Positions 13,160 through 26,231 of a DNA stretch of 64,000 nucleotides are shown piece by piece. Source of the stretch: Azolla caroliniana (Eukaryota; Plantae; Polypodiophyta); the NCBI GenBank assembly GCA_043228905.1, contig JBHGNT010000021.1, positions 4,154,001-4,218,000 of the forward strand. The letters are read 5' to 3'. Positions within the stretch are counted from its first letter, which is position 1. Each line of letters starts with the position of its first letter. A program made the position numbers and the translations under genes. The notes below the pieces were generated by a model. That model was not told the DNA's origin. It made no database searches and saw only the letters and a list, made by a program, of their open reading frames with translations.

Positions 13160-16100
13160 TGACGGGAACTCAACGCTCTGTGGAAAACCCCAAACTAGGG
13201 GAAAAAACCACGATAGCCCACAGGCTGCAAACTGTCACTATGTAAGAATATACAACCGTGAGTTCACTGAGGCACCAACCTCGTGCTCACAGATCTTCGC
13301 CACAGGCAGCGGTTACAACAGAGGCAACGACCTCTTTCTCTCTCTCTCTCTCTCTCTCTGTACAGTTACACACACACTCTATTCTTTCACCAACAAGAAT
13401 GACAAACAACCCACTACATATTTGCCCTAAGTCATATTTATACTAATATGACTTTTCGGCTATTTACAAATATAGCCTCGATGGGCTCTCAGAAACATAT
13501 TTACGAATATGTCTCTTCATCCGGTTCACACCGGGTCTGCACCATCCGGCTCACCGTAGCCGGGTACTCCTCATCCAGTTTCTTCTCGGCGCTGTTCTTC
13601 TCCCTTCCCATCCGGAGGGACCTGTCTCCCAACAAACTCCCCCTTCACTCCGGCATGGGGTGTCTTATCGCTCCGATCGTCCTCCGGCATGTGTCCAGCT
13701 TGTCCGGTGTCAGCACTTTGGTCAGCATATCTGACCCGTTCTTGGCCATGTAGATCTTTGTCAGCGCGAACTCCTGGTCATCTACTCTTTCCCGGATCCA
13801 GTGATATCTTCGCTGGATATGCTTCGTCCGAGAATGGTAGGCCGCATTCTTAGCAAGGTGGATGGCACTTTGACTATCGCAATAGAGTCGGTATTCCTCT
13901 TGCTGGATACCTAGCTCTCCGATGAAGTCCTTCATCCATAATATTTCCTTGCCGGCTTCCACAACTGCCATGTACTCCGCCTCTATGGTTGACAATGCAA
14001 CCGTCTTCTGCAGCCTCGACTGCCATGAAACAGCTCCCCCTGCATATGTCATTACATACCCAGATGTAGACCGGCTGGTATCCACATCAACTGACATGTC
14101 CGAATTGGTGAAACCGTCCAGTTGAGGTTTTCCGGAGCCGAATCGGAGACACATATTTGAAGTGCCCTTCAAATACCGGAGTATCCATTTGACCGCGTTC
14201 CAGTGCTCCTTGCCGGGATTGCTCATAAACCGGCTCACCACTCCGACGGCGTATCCTATATCCGGTCGGGTACACACCATTGCGTACATCAAGCTCCCGA
14301 CGACAGAGGCATATGGAATCTTCATCATATCCGCCTTCTCTGCTTTCGTCTTCGGGCTTTGCTTATGGGATAGCTTGCAGTTTGCCGGAAGTGTCGATCC
14401 GACCGGTTTCGCTTCTGATATGTTGAACCGGTGAAGCACCTTTGTCACGTACTTCTCCAGTGAAAGCCATAATTGCATCTTTGACCGGTCCCGAATGATG
14501 TGCATCCCCAACATCTGTCTTGCCGGGCCCAAGTCTTTCATTGAGAAGGTCCGGTTGAGAGCCTTCTTCAGCATTCGTATCTTGACTTGGTCACGTCCGA
14601 CGATCAACATGTCATCCACGTACAGGAGTATCAGGAAGTTGCCTCCTTCAAACTTCTTCACAAACACGCAGTGATCGGCCTGCGTCTTGTGGTACCCTTG
14701 ATCGGTCATGAAGGAGTCAAACTTCCGGTACCATTGCCGGGGGGCCTGCTTCAACCCGTAGAGGCTCTTCTTTAACCGGCATACCAGGTGCTCCTTCCCT
14801 TTCTCCACAAATCCCTCCGGTTGTTGCATGTAGATCTCCTCTTCGAGGTCACCGTGAAGGAATGCCGTCTTCACGTCCAGCTGCTCTACCTCAAGGTCCA
14901 TGCTTGCCGCTATACTCAGCACCGTCCGGATGGAGGTCATCTTTACTACCGAGGCAAATATCTCATCAAAGTCCACGCCCTTCTTCTGCTGGAACCACTT
15001 CACCACGATCCTGGCTTTGTATCTCGGGGGGTTGCCGGCATCTCCCGGTTTCAACTTGTACACCCACTTGTTTCGGAGTGCCCGCTTTCCTTTCGGCAAC
15101 TCCACCAATTCGTATGTATGGTTCTCATGCAGGGAATCCATCTCGTCCTGCATGGCACTTAACCATTTTCGGATGTGGGTGTCATCCTTCGCTTCTTTGA
15201 AGCTTTCCGGCTCCCCCTCATCGGTCAGCAGAACATGCTCTGCATCCGGAAATCTCCGGGGGGCCCTTCTCTCTCTGAGAGGATATCTCCGTCTTTGGGG
15301 TTCGGTAGCCGGCTCCTCCATTTGCTCTTCATCCGAATCCGATTCGGGGTCTAGGCCGGTTCCGGTCTCCGCTTCCTCTACTTCTTCTTCTGCCGGTTCG
15401 GTATCCTCACCGTATCCGGCTGGTTCTTCGAGTGCTAACCGGTCTCTTGCCGGTTGGGTCTGCTCATCGTAGAGTCGATCCTTACCGGTCAACTCAGAGT
15501 TCATTATCTTCTTCTCCGACTCCCAGTCGGCGAGCGTCTTGTCCTCCATGAAGATAATATCTCGACTCCGGAATACCTTCTTGTCGACCGGGTCCCACAC
15601 TCGGTAGCAGAACTCATCGTCACCGTAACTGAGGAATATGCATAGCCGGGTCTTTGGATCTAACTTTCCTCTCCGGTCCTTTGCTACATGCACGTACGCG
15701 AGACACCCGAACACCTTCAGATGCCGGTTGGACACTTCCTTACCGGTCCATACTCTCTGTGGCGTGTCTCCGTCCAAGGGTAGTGAGGGTGATCTGTTTA
15801 TCACGTATGTCGCCGTCGACAATGCCTCAACCCAAAACTTCTTGGGTAGTTTTGCATTATGGTCCGATTCATCCTCTCGGCCAGCCCGTTTAGTTCCGGT
15901 GTCTTCGGCACGGTAAATTCGAGCCGGATTCCCTTCGAGCGGCAGTACTCCTCGAACTGCCCCCGGTATTCTCCTCCGTTATCTGCTCGAACCGCCTTCA
16001 GCTTCCGGCTGGTTTCTCTTTCCACTCTCGCGTGGAGGTTTTTGAAGACGGATAACACCTGATCCTTCGTCTTCAACGGTGTGGCCCACAGCTTCCGGCT

Positions 16101-16445
16101 GTGGTCATCTATGAACGTCACGAAGTACTGCGCTCCGGCATGTGACTTCGTGTCTACTTGACACACATCCGTATGCACCAACTCTAGTGGTGCATTATGT
16201 CTCATCGGTGGCCTTGGTCGGAAGGAGGTTTGGTTCTGCTTACCGGCCAAACAATCAGTGCACTTCTCTAAGTGCACGTTCTTCACTGGAATGAGGTTGT
16301 CGTCTGCAAGCCTCTTCATCCCCTTCTCGCTCATATGACACAGCCTCTTGTGCCACAGCTCACCGGCAGTGTCGGATGCCACGTTCACTTCTTCCGGACA
16401 TAACCGGGCATTCATCAGGTACAGTGTGTTGACCTTCCGGGCCCG

Positions 16446-17275
16446 TGACGGGAACTACAATGTTCCTTATGCACGACGCTCAGCCACGACCGAGCTTAGA
16501 ATGATACACAGAAAAACGGGAAATAAAACACGACACAAAGAGGAGGAAGATACACAGGAGGTTTACGTGGAAAACCCCAAACTAGGGGAAAAACCACGAC
16601 AGCCCACAGGATGCAAACTGTCACTATGTAAGAATGTACAACAGTGAGTTCACTGAGGCAACGACCTCGTGCTCACAGATCTTCGCCACAGGCGGCGGTT
16701 ACAACAGAGGCAACAACCTCTTTCTCTCTCTCTCTCTCTCTGTGTATAGTTACGCACACTAATCTCGTGCAAAACAGAAAATGACAACAACAACTAAAAG
16801 TTTGCCCTAAGTCATATTTATACTCATATGACTTTTCGGCTATTTACAAATATAGCCTCGATGGACTCTCAGAAACATATTTACGTATATGTCTCTTCAT
16901 CCGGTTCATACCGGGTCTGCACCATCCAGCTCTCCGTAGCCGGGTACTCCTCATCCGGCTCATACCGGGTCTGCACCATCCGGCTCTCCGTAACCGGGTA
17001 CTCCTCATCCGGTTCATACTGGGTCTGCACCATCCGGCTCTCCGTAACTGGGTACTCCTCATCCGGTTCATACCGGGTCTGCACCATCCGGCTCTCCGTA
17101 GCCGGGTACTCCTCATCCGGTTCATACCGGGTCTGCACCATCCGGCTCTCCGTAGCCGGGTACTCCTCATCCGGTCCATACCGGGTCTGCACCTCATACG
17201 GTTTCGGCCTCGGCCGAGTTTGTTCGTCGGCACTATTCTTCACCCTTCCCATCCGGAGGGACCTGTCTCCCAACA
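16446..17275 (-). mobile_element. Solo LTR (830 bp) of a B-related subfamily inserted in B's own pol
   Basis: Same termini as the B LTRs (tgacgggaac..tctcccaaca). Flanks gcccg/acccg give a 4/5 TSD. The host reading IVAR|ARKVN is restored on removal. Confidence 0.92.
16897..17193. repeat. 54-bp tandem repeat x5.5 inside the solo LTR
   Basis: Unit tcatccggttcataccgggtctgcaccatccggctctccgtagccgggtactcc starts at 16897, 16951, 17005, 17059 and 17113, with a partial copy at 17167. Confidence 0.96.
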
Positions 17276-18695
17276 ACCCGGGCCACAATCAGGCTCCCTT
17301 TGCTGAACTTCATGACACCGTTCCGGATACTACTCGTGTAGCCTTCATCATCTAGCCGACCGGCTGATATCAGGTTCAGACGAACCTCCGGAACGTGTCG
17401 GACATCCTTCAGCAGCAACTTGCATCCGGTTGGTGTTGACAACCACACGTCTCCTATGCCGACAATTCGGCATGTACCTTCATTCCCCATCCGGACACAG
17501 CCGTGGTCACCGGCTGAGTAGGATGAGAAGCATTTCCGGTCCGGGGTAAGGTGGAACGATGCTCCGGAGTCTACCACCCAGGTCATCTCATCGCCGGCAA
17601 GGTTTATCTCACTCTCCTCGGTGATGAGCATCAACTCTTCTTCACTTGCGGCGATTGCCGTCATTTCCTTCCGGTCCGTTCCCTTCCGGTCTTTACCGTT
17701 CCGATCCGGGGTCCGCTTCGAATCGGTACCGTCGGTTTCCTTGTCTTTACGGAAATGCCGACAGTTATTTTGGAAGTGACCCGGCTTGCCGCAATAGAAG
17801 CAAGTGGGCCTCCCCCTTGACTTTGACCGTGTCCCCGACTTCTCCCGGTTCTGGGGACTACGGTTTCTATGTCTTCCGCGTTCCGATTCGGCAAGGAGCG
17901 CTTTGGAGTCGGAGCTCGTATCTTTGTCTTTCCGACGCGCCTCCTCATCTAGCAAGCTCGACTTTACTCTTGCTAGGGATAACCGTTTTCCTTCCGGCCC
18001 GGCGTTGCCCAAAGTGACAACCAACGTCTCCCAGCTATCCGGGAGGGAACCGAGTAGGAGTAGCGCTAGTACCTCATCGGCAAGAGGTACTTCCAATGAC
18101 GTTGCCTGGTGTATCAGCCCCTGGAAGGCATTCATGTGCTCCGCCATGCTGGAGCCATCTTGGTACCGGAGCCTTACTAGCTTCCGAAATACCGACACCT
18201 GATTGACGGCATTTTTGTTCTGAAACATTATGCCGATCTTCTCCCAGACCTCATGAGCCTTGCTCTCTTCATTGAAGTTGTTGTACAGGCTCATGTTGAT
18301 GAAGCACCGTATGTACGCCGTTGTCTTCATGTGCATCACCTCCCATATCGCGGCGTCGATTTTGTCCGGTCTCTTGTCCCCGAACTGAACCGGCAGCTAG
18401 AGGTCTTTAACCACGAGCATGTCCCTCATCTTCGACTTCCACACTGAATAGTTGGAGCCGGTGAGCTTGAACATGCCGCCAAATGATTCGTCCATTTTCT
18501 GTGTTGATTTCGCTCTGATACCACTTGACGGGAACTCAACGCTCCGTGGAAAACCCCAAACTAGGGGAAAAAACCACGGCAGCCCACAGGCTGCACACTG
18601 TCACTATGTAAGAATATACAACCGTGAGTTCACTGAGGCACCGACCTCGTGCTCACAGATCTTCGCCACAGGCGGCGGTTACAACAGAGGCAACG

Positions 18696-18734
<39 letters not shown>

Positions 18735-19065
18735 CAGTTACACACACACTCTATTCTTGCACCAACAAGAATGACAAACAGCCGACTACATATTTGCCCT
18801 AAGTCATATTTATACTAATATGACTTTTCGGCTATTTACAAATATAGCCTCGATGGGCTCTCAAAAACATATTTACGAATATGTCTCTTCATCCGGTTCA
18901 CACCGGGTCTGCACCATCCGGCTCTCCGTAGCCAGGTACTCCTCATCCGGTTCTCACCGGGTTTGCACCATCCGGCTCACCGTAGCCGGGTACTCCTCAT
19001 CCGGTTTCTTCTCGGCGCTGTTCTTCTCCCTTCCCATCCGGAGGGACCTGTCTCCCAATAGAAGG

Positions 19066-21552
19066 GCCAACAGTGGTGGACACAAGCAGTCCGGCAATCA
19101 CTGCCATTGTCAAAGGACGCGAGCTACTGGGGATGATCGTCAACGGAGGGTCGGGCGTCAATGTAATCAGCCTCCATACTTGTGATACCCTGGGAATCTA
19201 GGAGTGGGTGCCTTGCCCATTTTGGTTTCGAATGGCAGATACGAGTTCGGTAAGACCCACCGGTTTAATACGAGATTTGGAGGTAACAATTGGAGGACAT
19301 GCATTCCGCATTTCTGTGGTGGTTCTCTAGTTAAACACCCAAGGGGCTTACCCATTATTGCTTGGATGACCATGGTTGCGGACGACGCACATGAAGCAAA
19401 TCTAGAGAAAGAACATGATTACGTTCTGTCGAGGCAAAACCAAGGTACGGGCATCGACACATCCACAAACCGGAACTAGCAAAGAGCTAACACCGTTATA
19501 AGTTGAGAGCGTTAATATGCTGGAAGGGCTCGCCGATGAGGAAGTCGATCGGTATCTTGAGGATAATCCAAAAATTGTACCTTTGTTCGAAATAGATGTG
19601 GCCGAAGTAGTCTCTCCGTATATTGCACACCTGGAAGATGCTGGAGAGGAACCGGATAAAGATGCCGTCAGAGAACTACGTCAAGCACAGGAGGCCTTGA
19701 AACGGGAAATGACGGTATCTCAAAAGGTAAAGGTGTCCCAGCTAGAGGAAGTAAACTTGGAAACTAGAGAGGAAGCACGACCAATACATATTGCCAAAGA
19801 AATGTCACCGGAAAACAAATCGACAATGATTACATTATTGAAAGAATTCTGGGACGTATTTGCCTAGTCCTATGAGGATATGCGAGGGCTGGATCTACAA
19901 CTGTATCAACATCAGATACATCTCAGTAAAGACGCCAAACCGGTAGCACAAAGGCGCTACCAAATGAACCCTAATTATGCGGTAAGGGTAAAAGAAGAGA
20001 TCGACAAGTTACTCCGAGTCAGTTTTATCCGCGACATGGTTGAATCCGATAGTCGTCGTGCTGAAAAAGAACGGGAAGATTCGGGTGTGCATCAATTACT
20101 GGAAACTGAATGCCGCAATGGTGACCGATGCCTTTCCACTTCCATTCACGGATGGAGTTCTGGACGTGGTAGCCGGTCATGAGGTATATAGCTTTCTAGA
20201 CGGATTCAGCGGTTACAATCAAATACGGATGCACCCCGATGACCAAGAAAAGACGACGTTCGTTACCGAGTGGGGATTTTTTGTTGCCGTAGTGATGATA
20301 TTTGGACTCAAGACGACGCTGACTACCTTTCAACGAATAATCATGGAAATATTTGGAGAGTTCATCCCGACGTTTATGTAGGTGTTCCTAGACGACTTCG
20401 CGGTGTATAGCCGGCAAGGGGAGCACCTGGACCATCTCCGGTTATGCCTACAGAAATGTAGGGGGTACCGGCTAAGGTTGAACCCGGTAAAGTGTGTGTT
20501 CGGGGTGGCTAGTGGTACCCTACTTGGCCACATTGTCAGCAAGGACGGGATAGCAGTAGAGTCGGACAAAGTCAGGGCAATCTTGGAGGCACCGGCACCA
20601 ACAACGGCCAAAGCATTAAGCAGATTCTTAGGACAAATTCGGTGGCATAGCCAGATGCTCTGGCATTTGGCAGATCTTGCAACCCCGCTGCATGTTGCGG
20701 TTCACCAGACACCGTTTCAATGGACGACTACAAAGGATGATGCTTACCGGGTGCTAAAAGTATTACTATCGCAAGCACTGGTAGTACAACCCCCGGACTG
20801 GTCCAAAGAGTTTCATGTGTTCGTCGACGCGTCCGACATAGCAATCGGTAGCGCACTTATGCAATTGACCGAACCCAAGTGGTACCAGTCGGTATATTAT
20901 GCGAGCCGGAAACTGTCACAAGTGGAACGAAATTACTCCACAATGGAAAGAGAGGCCTTGGGGATGATTTATAGTGTCATGAAGTTCCGACACTATTTGT
21001 TGGGCCGTAAATTTTCATTCCACGTAGACCATTCTGCACTTTTATACTTGGTCTCTAAGGCATCCCTCATAGGTAAGCTGGCCCGGTGGACATTGCTACT
21101 ATAGGAATTTGAGTTCGAAATTTATCACGGACCAGGTATACAACACGCGGTTGCCGACTATTTGAGCCGGTTAGAAACCGGCGAGACCGGTGACGGCGTA
21201 CCAGATGAGTTTCTGGACGCTGAACTGTTTAAAGTCATGGCAGAAACCTCGGCGGATAGGACAGTTCCGGACGAGAACAAATGGCTAACGAACATGCATT
21301 AGTTCTTAAGCATGGGGTTACCGCCGGAAGAGATGAACAGGGACGAGCGGAAATGATTGGCGGTCCAAAGCCAACATTTTTGTTTATTACGGGACACCCT
21401 ATACCACGAGGGAGCCGATGGGATATGGCGGAGAGTGGTGCAGAGTGATGAAAAGGACACCATATTACGGGAAGCACATTGCGGAGTCGCCGGAGGACAC
21501 TATGCTAGTGAAGCTACAACAAGAAAGATATGGCGCAGTGGGCTATGGTGGC
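19066..21552 (+). pseudogene. Gypsy A pol: protease, RT, RNase H and integrase N-terminus, with stops and frameshifts
   Basis: IVNGGSGVNV (PR), FLDGFSGYNQI and FLDDF (RT), FVDASDIAIG..ERNYS..EREALG..DHSAL (RH), EAHCGVAGGHY (integrase Zn domain). Confidence 0.92.
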
Positions 21553-24500
21553 TGTAAAGAATCGGATATGATCCTTGTGAAGCGGAAGAGATGTGAGTTA
21601 TGTGTGTATGTGTGAGCGAAGAGAGGAGAGGAGAGAAACACAAGATAGATAAGAGACAATATGAAGTACTCAAGAAGAAGAAGGAGATGTATATTAACAA
21701 GTAGAATATGCGATACAAAATAGCGTTACAAGGAGTTACAAAAATGACCTAATATGGAGTAGGAGGAGGGTGTTTTATATAGAGTCACCCTCTCTCTTCA
21801 TTTACTCACTACAACATTCACTCTCTCACTAGAGCCTTGAGGAATGTGAAGTCTTACGGTCATGGGGAATGTGGAACCATTAGTTATGTGTCATAGAATA
21901 TGAATCTATGACACAGTTTAATGTGTAGAGAGTGGTGGTGTGACTCTTGACTTTTGAGTAATCCTAGATTCTCAACAGGTGTGTTCACACGTTGCTCTAT
22001 GTTGAGCTTGAATCTCAACACGCCCCCTCAAGCTAAACTCGGGTCGGCTCCTTTCGGTTGATGTCAGCTTCGGCTGGTATCCAGTTCAGATGATCTCCGT
22101 TGTCCATTTCGGCTCGTACCCGGTTCGGTCAGTATCCGTTTCTCGCTTGTACTCCCCCTCAAGCTTGGCAAGTCAGGGATCATCAATCCAAGGTCTGACA
22201 TGAATTGCCGAAGCTTGTCGGCTCCTAGGGCTTTCGTGAAGATGTCGGCCGTTTGAAGATTTGTGTTGATGTGTAGAAGGTCAACATCTCTGGCCTGAAC
22301 ACGCTCCCCAATGAAGTGATAGTGCACTTCAATATGCTTTGTGCGTGCGTGGAACACTGGGTTCCGAGCCAAATAAATACTGCTCATGTTGTCGTAGTAA
22401 AGGGGAGTCGGATCCTTGATGGGAACGCCTAGATCCTTCAAAATCCTCTTAAGCCATACGGCTTCACATGTAGCTATGGCCGCACCCCTGTATTCCGCCT
22501 CCGTACTCGAAAGAGCGATGGTAGGCTGCTTCTTGCTACTCCACGAAATCGCTCCGCTGCCGAGGGAGAAGACGAATCCAGAGGTCGATCGTCGATTGGC
22601 TTTGTAGCTAGCCCAATCCGCATCCGTGTATCCTTCGAGTCGTATTGGTGTGGCCAATTTGTAGAGAATGCCGTAATCCATTGTTCCGCTCACATATTGT
22701 AATACTTTCTTAGCGCAATCGAAATGGATATCTCGCGGAGTTTGCATGAATTGGCTAAGGAGTCCGACCGGATAGCTAAGGTCGGGTCATGTGATCGTGA
22801 GATAGATGAGACTCCCGATCAGCTGTCAATATTGAGTCGGATCGCACTCGTTCGTGCCGGAGTCGGCATCTAGTTTGAGGTTTCTATCGAGAGGCGTAGC
22901 GATCGATTTGCACTCCGTCATCCCGAACTTGTATAACAAGTTGAGAATGTAGTGCCGTTGAGAGACCGTTGAGAGATCATAATGCCGGCCGGATTCCGAA
23001 TCACCTCGATGCCTAGGAAGTAGTGTAGCTCCTTCATGTCCATCATCTCGAATTTGTTGGAGAGGAGGGACTTCACCTTGTTGATGTCGACTAAATGCTC
23101 ACCTCCAATAACGAGCTCATCCACATATAGAATGATGACAATTGGGCTTTTAGACTCGTTTCGTACATAGAGGGAGTTGTCGGATTTCAACATTCGAAAG
23201 CCAATTTGATGAAGATATTGCGTAATCTTCGAATGCCAAGCGCGTGGTGCTTGCTTGAGGCTATAGAGAGGCTTCTTAAGTCGACATACAACTTTTGGAT
23301 GGATGTTGGATTCGAGGCCGGGTGGTTGAACCATGTACACCTCCTCTTCCAATTCACCTTGAAGAAAGGCGTTCTTTACGGCCATTTGGTGGAGGTGCCA
23401 CCCTTTCGCCGTTGCAAGTGCGATCACGGTCCGCATAGTCATCATCTTTGCCACTGGAGCAAAGGTCTCTTCGTAGTCAACTCCATGTGTTTGCGCGTAT
23501 CCTTTCACTACAAGTCGAGCTTTGTAGCGATTGATGGAGCCATCGACATTATACTTCACCTTGTAGATCCATCTGCAGCCTACCGCTTTCTTGTGCGGTG
23601 AGTGGGGAACGATATCCCATGTGTCGTTCTTGCGTAGTGCACGCATCTCCTCGTTCATTGCTTCGATCCATTGCGGTTTCTTTGCGGCTTCGGAAAAGGT
23701 TTCTGGCTCCCGTAATGTTGCGACCTTTATCATAAAGGTGTAATGGTATGCCATATACTCATCGTAGCTGAAGCGGCTTACGGGGTTCTTTTCACAGGTG
23801 GATCGGCGTAGCTTCTCGTTTGCGGATTCTAAGGCTTTCTTCACTCCATTTGTCCAGATTTCAAGGTCGTCAAACTCACTATCGAGGGAGTGAGCCGATT
23901 CGTTGCCATTGAAATGAGCGTCTTCATACTCCGGCATTTTGGCCTTCCCTTTGTCCAACTTCAAACTTGGTCGAGATGTGCTTTGATTGCTCAAATGCTC
24001 TTGTGGTCCGCTCAGTCGGGTCGTGACTGGACTTTCTTCGAACATGCGCGTAAGGCGATCTTCATCCTCTATCTCTTGTTCGGCGGATTCCGGGTCGAGC
24101 AGAATCAGAGTCGAAGTTGTCTCTAGTGCGTACCAGGATGCAGACTCGTAAAAAACGATGTCTCGACTTACTCGAGATTTTCGAGTTGAGGGGTTGTAGC
24201 ACTTGTACCTTTTTTCTCCAGTGAATATCCTACAAGGATAAATTTCTCTGACTTCGGGTCAAGCTTTTGACGCTTCTCATCGGGGATGTGCACGTACGCA
24301 ATGGAGCCGAATATCCTAACATGCGATAGGTCCGGCTTCTTTCCGAAGAACTTCTCGTGTAGAGTAAGTTCGTGCACACCCGATGTTGTACACCGATTCA
24401 TGAGATAGACGGCCGTGTTAGCTGCTTCCGCCCAATACGATTTCGGCATGTGCTTTTTGTTAAGCATAACCCGTGCCAGTTCGAGGATGTGCCGATTCTT

Positions 24501-26231
24501 GCGTTCGGCCACTCCGTTTTGTTGTCGACACGAAAACTCTCGCCGTATTCCTTCTTTCCGTAGAAACGCCGAAAATTCGTCAGAGAAGTACTCCTTGCCT
24601 CCATCCGACTGAAGACATCGTACATGTCGGCCCATGGCTTTCTCGACTTCATTCTTAAATTTTTGGAAGTGTCTGAACACTTCGCTCTTTTGTTGCATCG
24701 GGTAGATCCAAGTGTGCCTAGAAAAGTCATCAATGAAGGTCACGTAGTATCGGCATCCGCCGAATGTTGCCGTTTGACCCGGACCCCATACATCGGAATG
24801 AATTACGTCGAGTACGCCTTTGCTCACGTTTCGCTCCTTCGGAAATGGGTGCCGATGTTGCTTGCCGAATTGGCAAGTGGCACACACGCCTTCAATCTCT
24901 TTCTCCGTGAATGTCGGGAGCCCGATGACGACTCCTTTCGATTGCATTGTCTTGAGCTTTTGGAGGTTGATATGGCTCATCCGCTTGTGCCATAATTCTA
25001 TGTCGGAATCGACTTTCATGCCCTTTGCGAACATGGCCGATTTCATCTCGTGTGAATGAACATTCGGCCCTCTCTTCATCCGCGTGCGATGAGTCGGCTC
25101 TCTTTTTCGATGAAGCAACCGCCTTGATTAAATCATACTTGCATTCCTTGCTCTACAATTTGGCCGACGGAGACCAAATTCTTCGTGATAGTTGGTACAT
25201 GCAAGACATTTTGAATATAAGTTTGCTTACCTTCTTCTCCGAACGGGACATTGCCAATGTGCCGAATAGGGTGCGTAGTGTCGTCTCCGGTTTCGACATA
25301 GCCGGGTCGGTCTGGCTCTCGAAGTTCTCGGAACCATTCTTGATGCGACGTCATATGGTTCGAGGCACCGGAATCGATGAACCATACGTCTTTCGGACTG
25401 GAGGCATTAATAGAAGTAGAGGCCGACATAGAATTTGCTCTATGTCTCATCACAAACATTCCGCTGCAATCGTCATAGTCGGAGTTGATGGCGTAGTTGG
25501 TGAGTTGTTGGCTAGTGGAAGCCGACTCGCGTATCTTTTTATGGCATTCTTCTTCGTGGTGGCCGACTTTCCCGCAATATCCGCATTCGATTGAGGTTTG
25601 TCGGCTCAGACCGGAATGGTGGCTCCCCCTTCTTCCAAAGGTTCCTCGATGGCCTCCTCGTCCTTGACCGAATTGGCCTCTTCTTGCATGGCTGCGTCCT
25701 CTTACTCTGTCCGAATGCGTGTAGAGCATTTGGCCATCGGAGGCGCTACTCCTTGTTCGAACATGGTTTTCTTCGACCAACAACATGGATTGAAGATCGA
25801 AGAACGAGGGCAGATTCTCCCATGCTAATACGGTGGTCCGCATCGCGCCGAATCTTGGTGCAAGGCCGCCGAGGCATATTTGCACCATCTCGTCATCCTC
25901 CACGTTTACGCTTATTGAGCCGAGGGAATCACAAAGATCCTTGATCTTCAAGGTGTAGCTCGTGACAGACATATCCCTTTGTTGGATATTTATTCAACTC
26001 TTGGCAGAGTTGAAGCTTTCTCGCGGTAGTGTTGGCGGCGAAAATCTTTCGTAGACTCTCCCACGCTTCCTTCGGCGTCTTGGCTTCTCGAATGTACCCG
26101 AGCATGTGGTCGTGAACACATGTTGCCAAGAAATACATCACTCGGCCCGCTTGCTCCCATGCTGCATAGTCGGCGTCTTCCGGGTTGGGCCGTTTTTCTT
26201 GTGCTCCTTTGATGTAGCTCCAATAGCCTTG
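21553..26231 (-). mobile_element. Ty1/Copia element C, 5'-truncated, inserted in the Gypsy A integrase
   Basis: 3' LTR 21553-22020, PPT 22021-22034. RH ADIFTKAL, RT, integrase SDGGKEY and PR WFIDSGASNH are present. gag stops at QGYWS (26231) with no PBS or 5' LTR. Confidence 0.92.

Larger units (their letters stand above)
13645..18495 (-). pseudogene. Copia B gag-pol, interrupted by a solo LTR, a stop and a frameshift/deletion
   Basis: Zn knuckle CFYCGKPGHFQNNC, protease WVVDSGASFH, GAG-pre-integrase LWHKRLCH, integrase VHTDV..RADNGGEY..NGLAERMNRT, RT LDVKTAFLHG..LYVDDML, RNase H SDMLTKVL. Confidence 0.93.
13160..19060 (-). mobile_element. Ty1/Copia LTR retrotransposon B (Tnt1/Tork-like), structurally complete, inserted in Gypsy A
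   Basis: LTRs 18526-19060 (5') and 13160-13634 (3'). Perfect TSD GAAGG at 13155-13159 and 19061-19065. PBS TGGTATCAGAGC (tRNA-iMet) at 18512-18523. PPT AAGGGGGAGTT at 13635-13645. Confidence 0.96.

Noticed and set aside
16897-17193. CRISPR-like array
   Set aside because: Contiguous tandem units without unique spacers, inside a plant LTR, and no cas genes.
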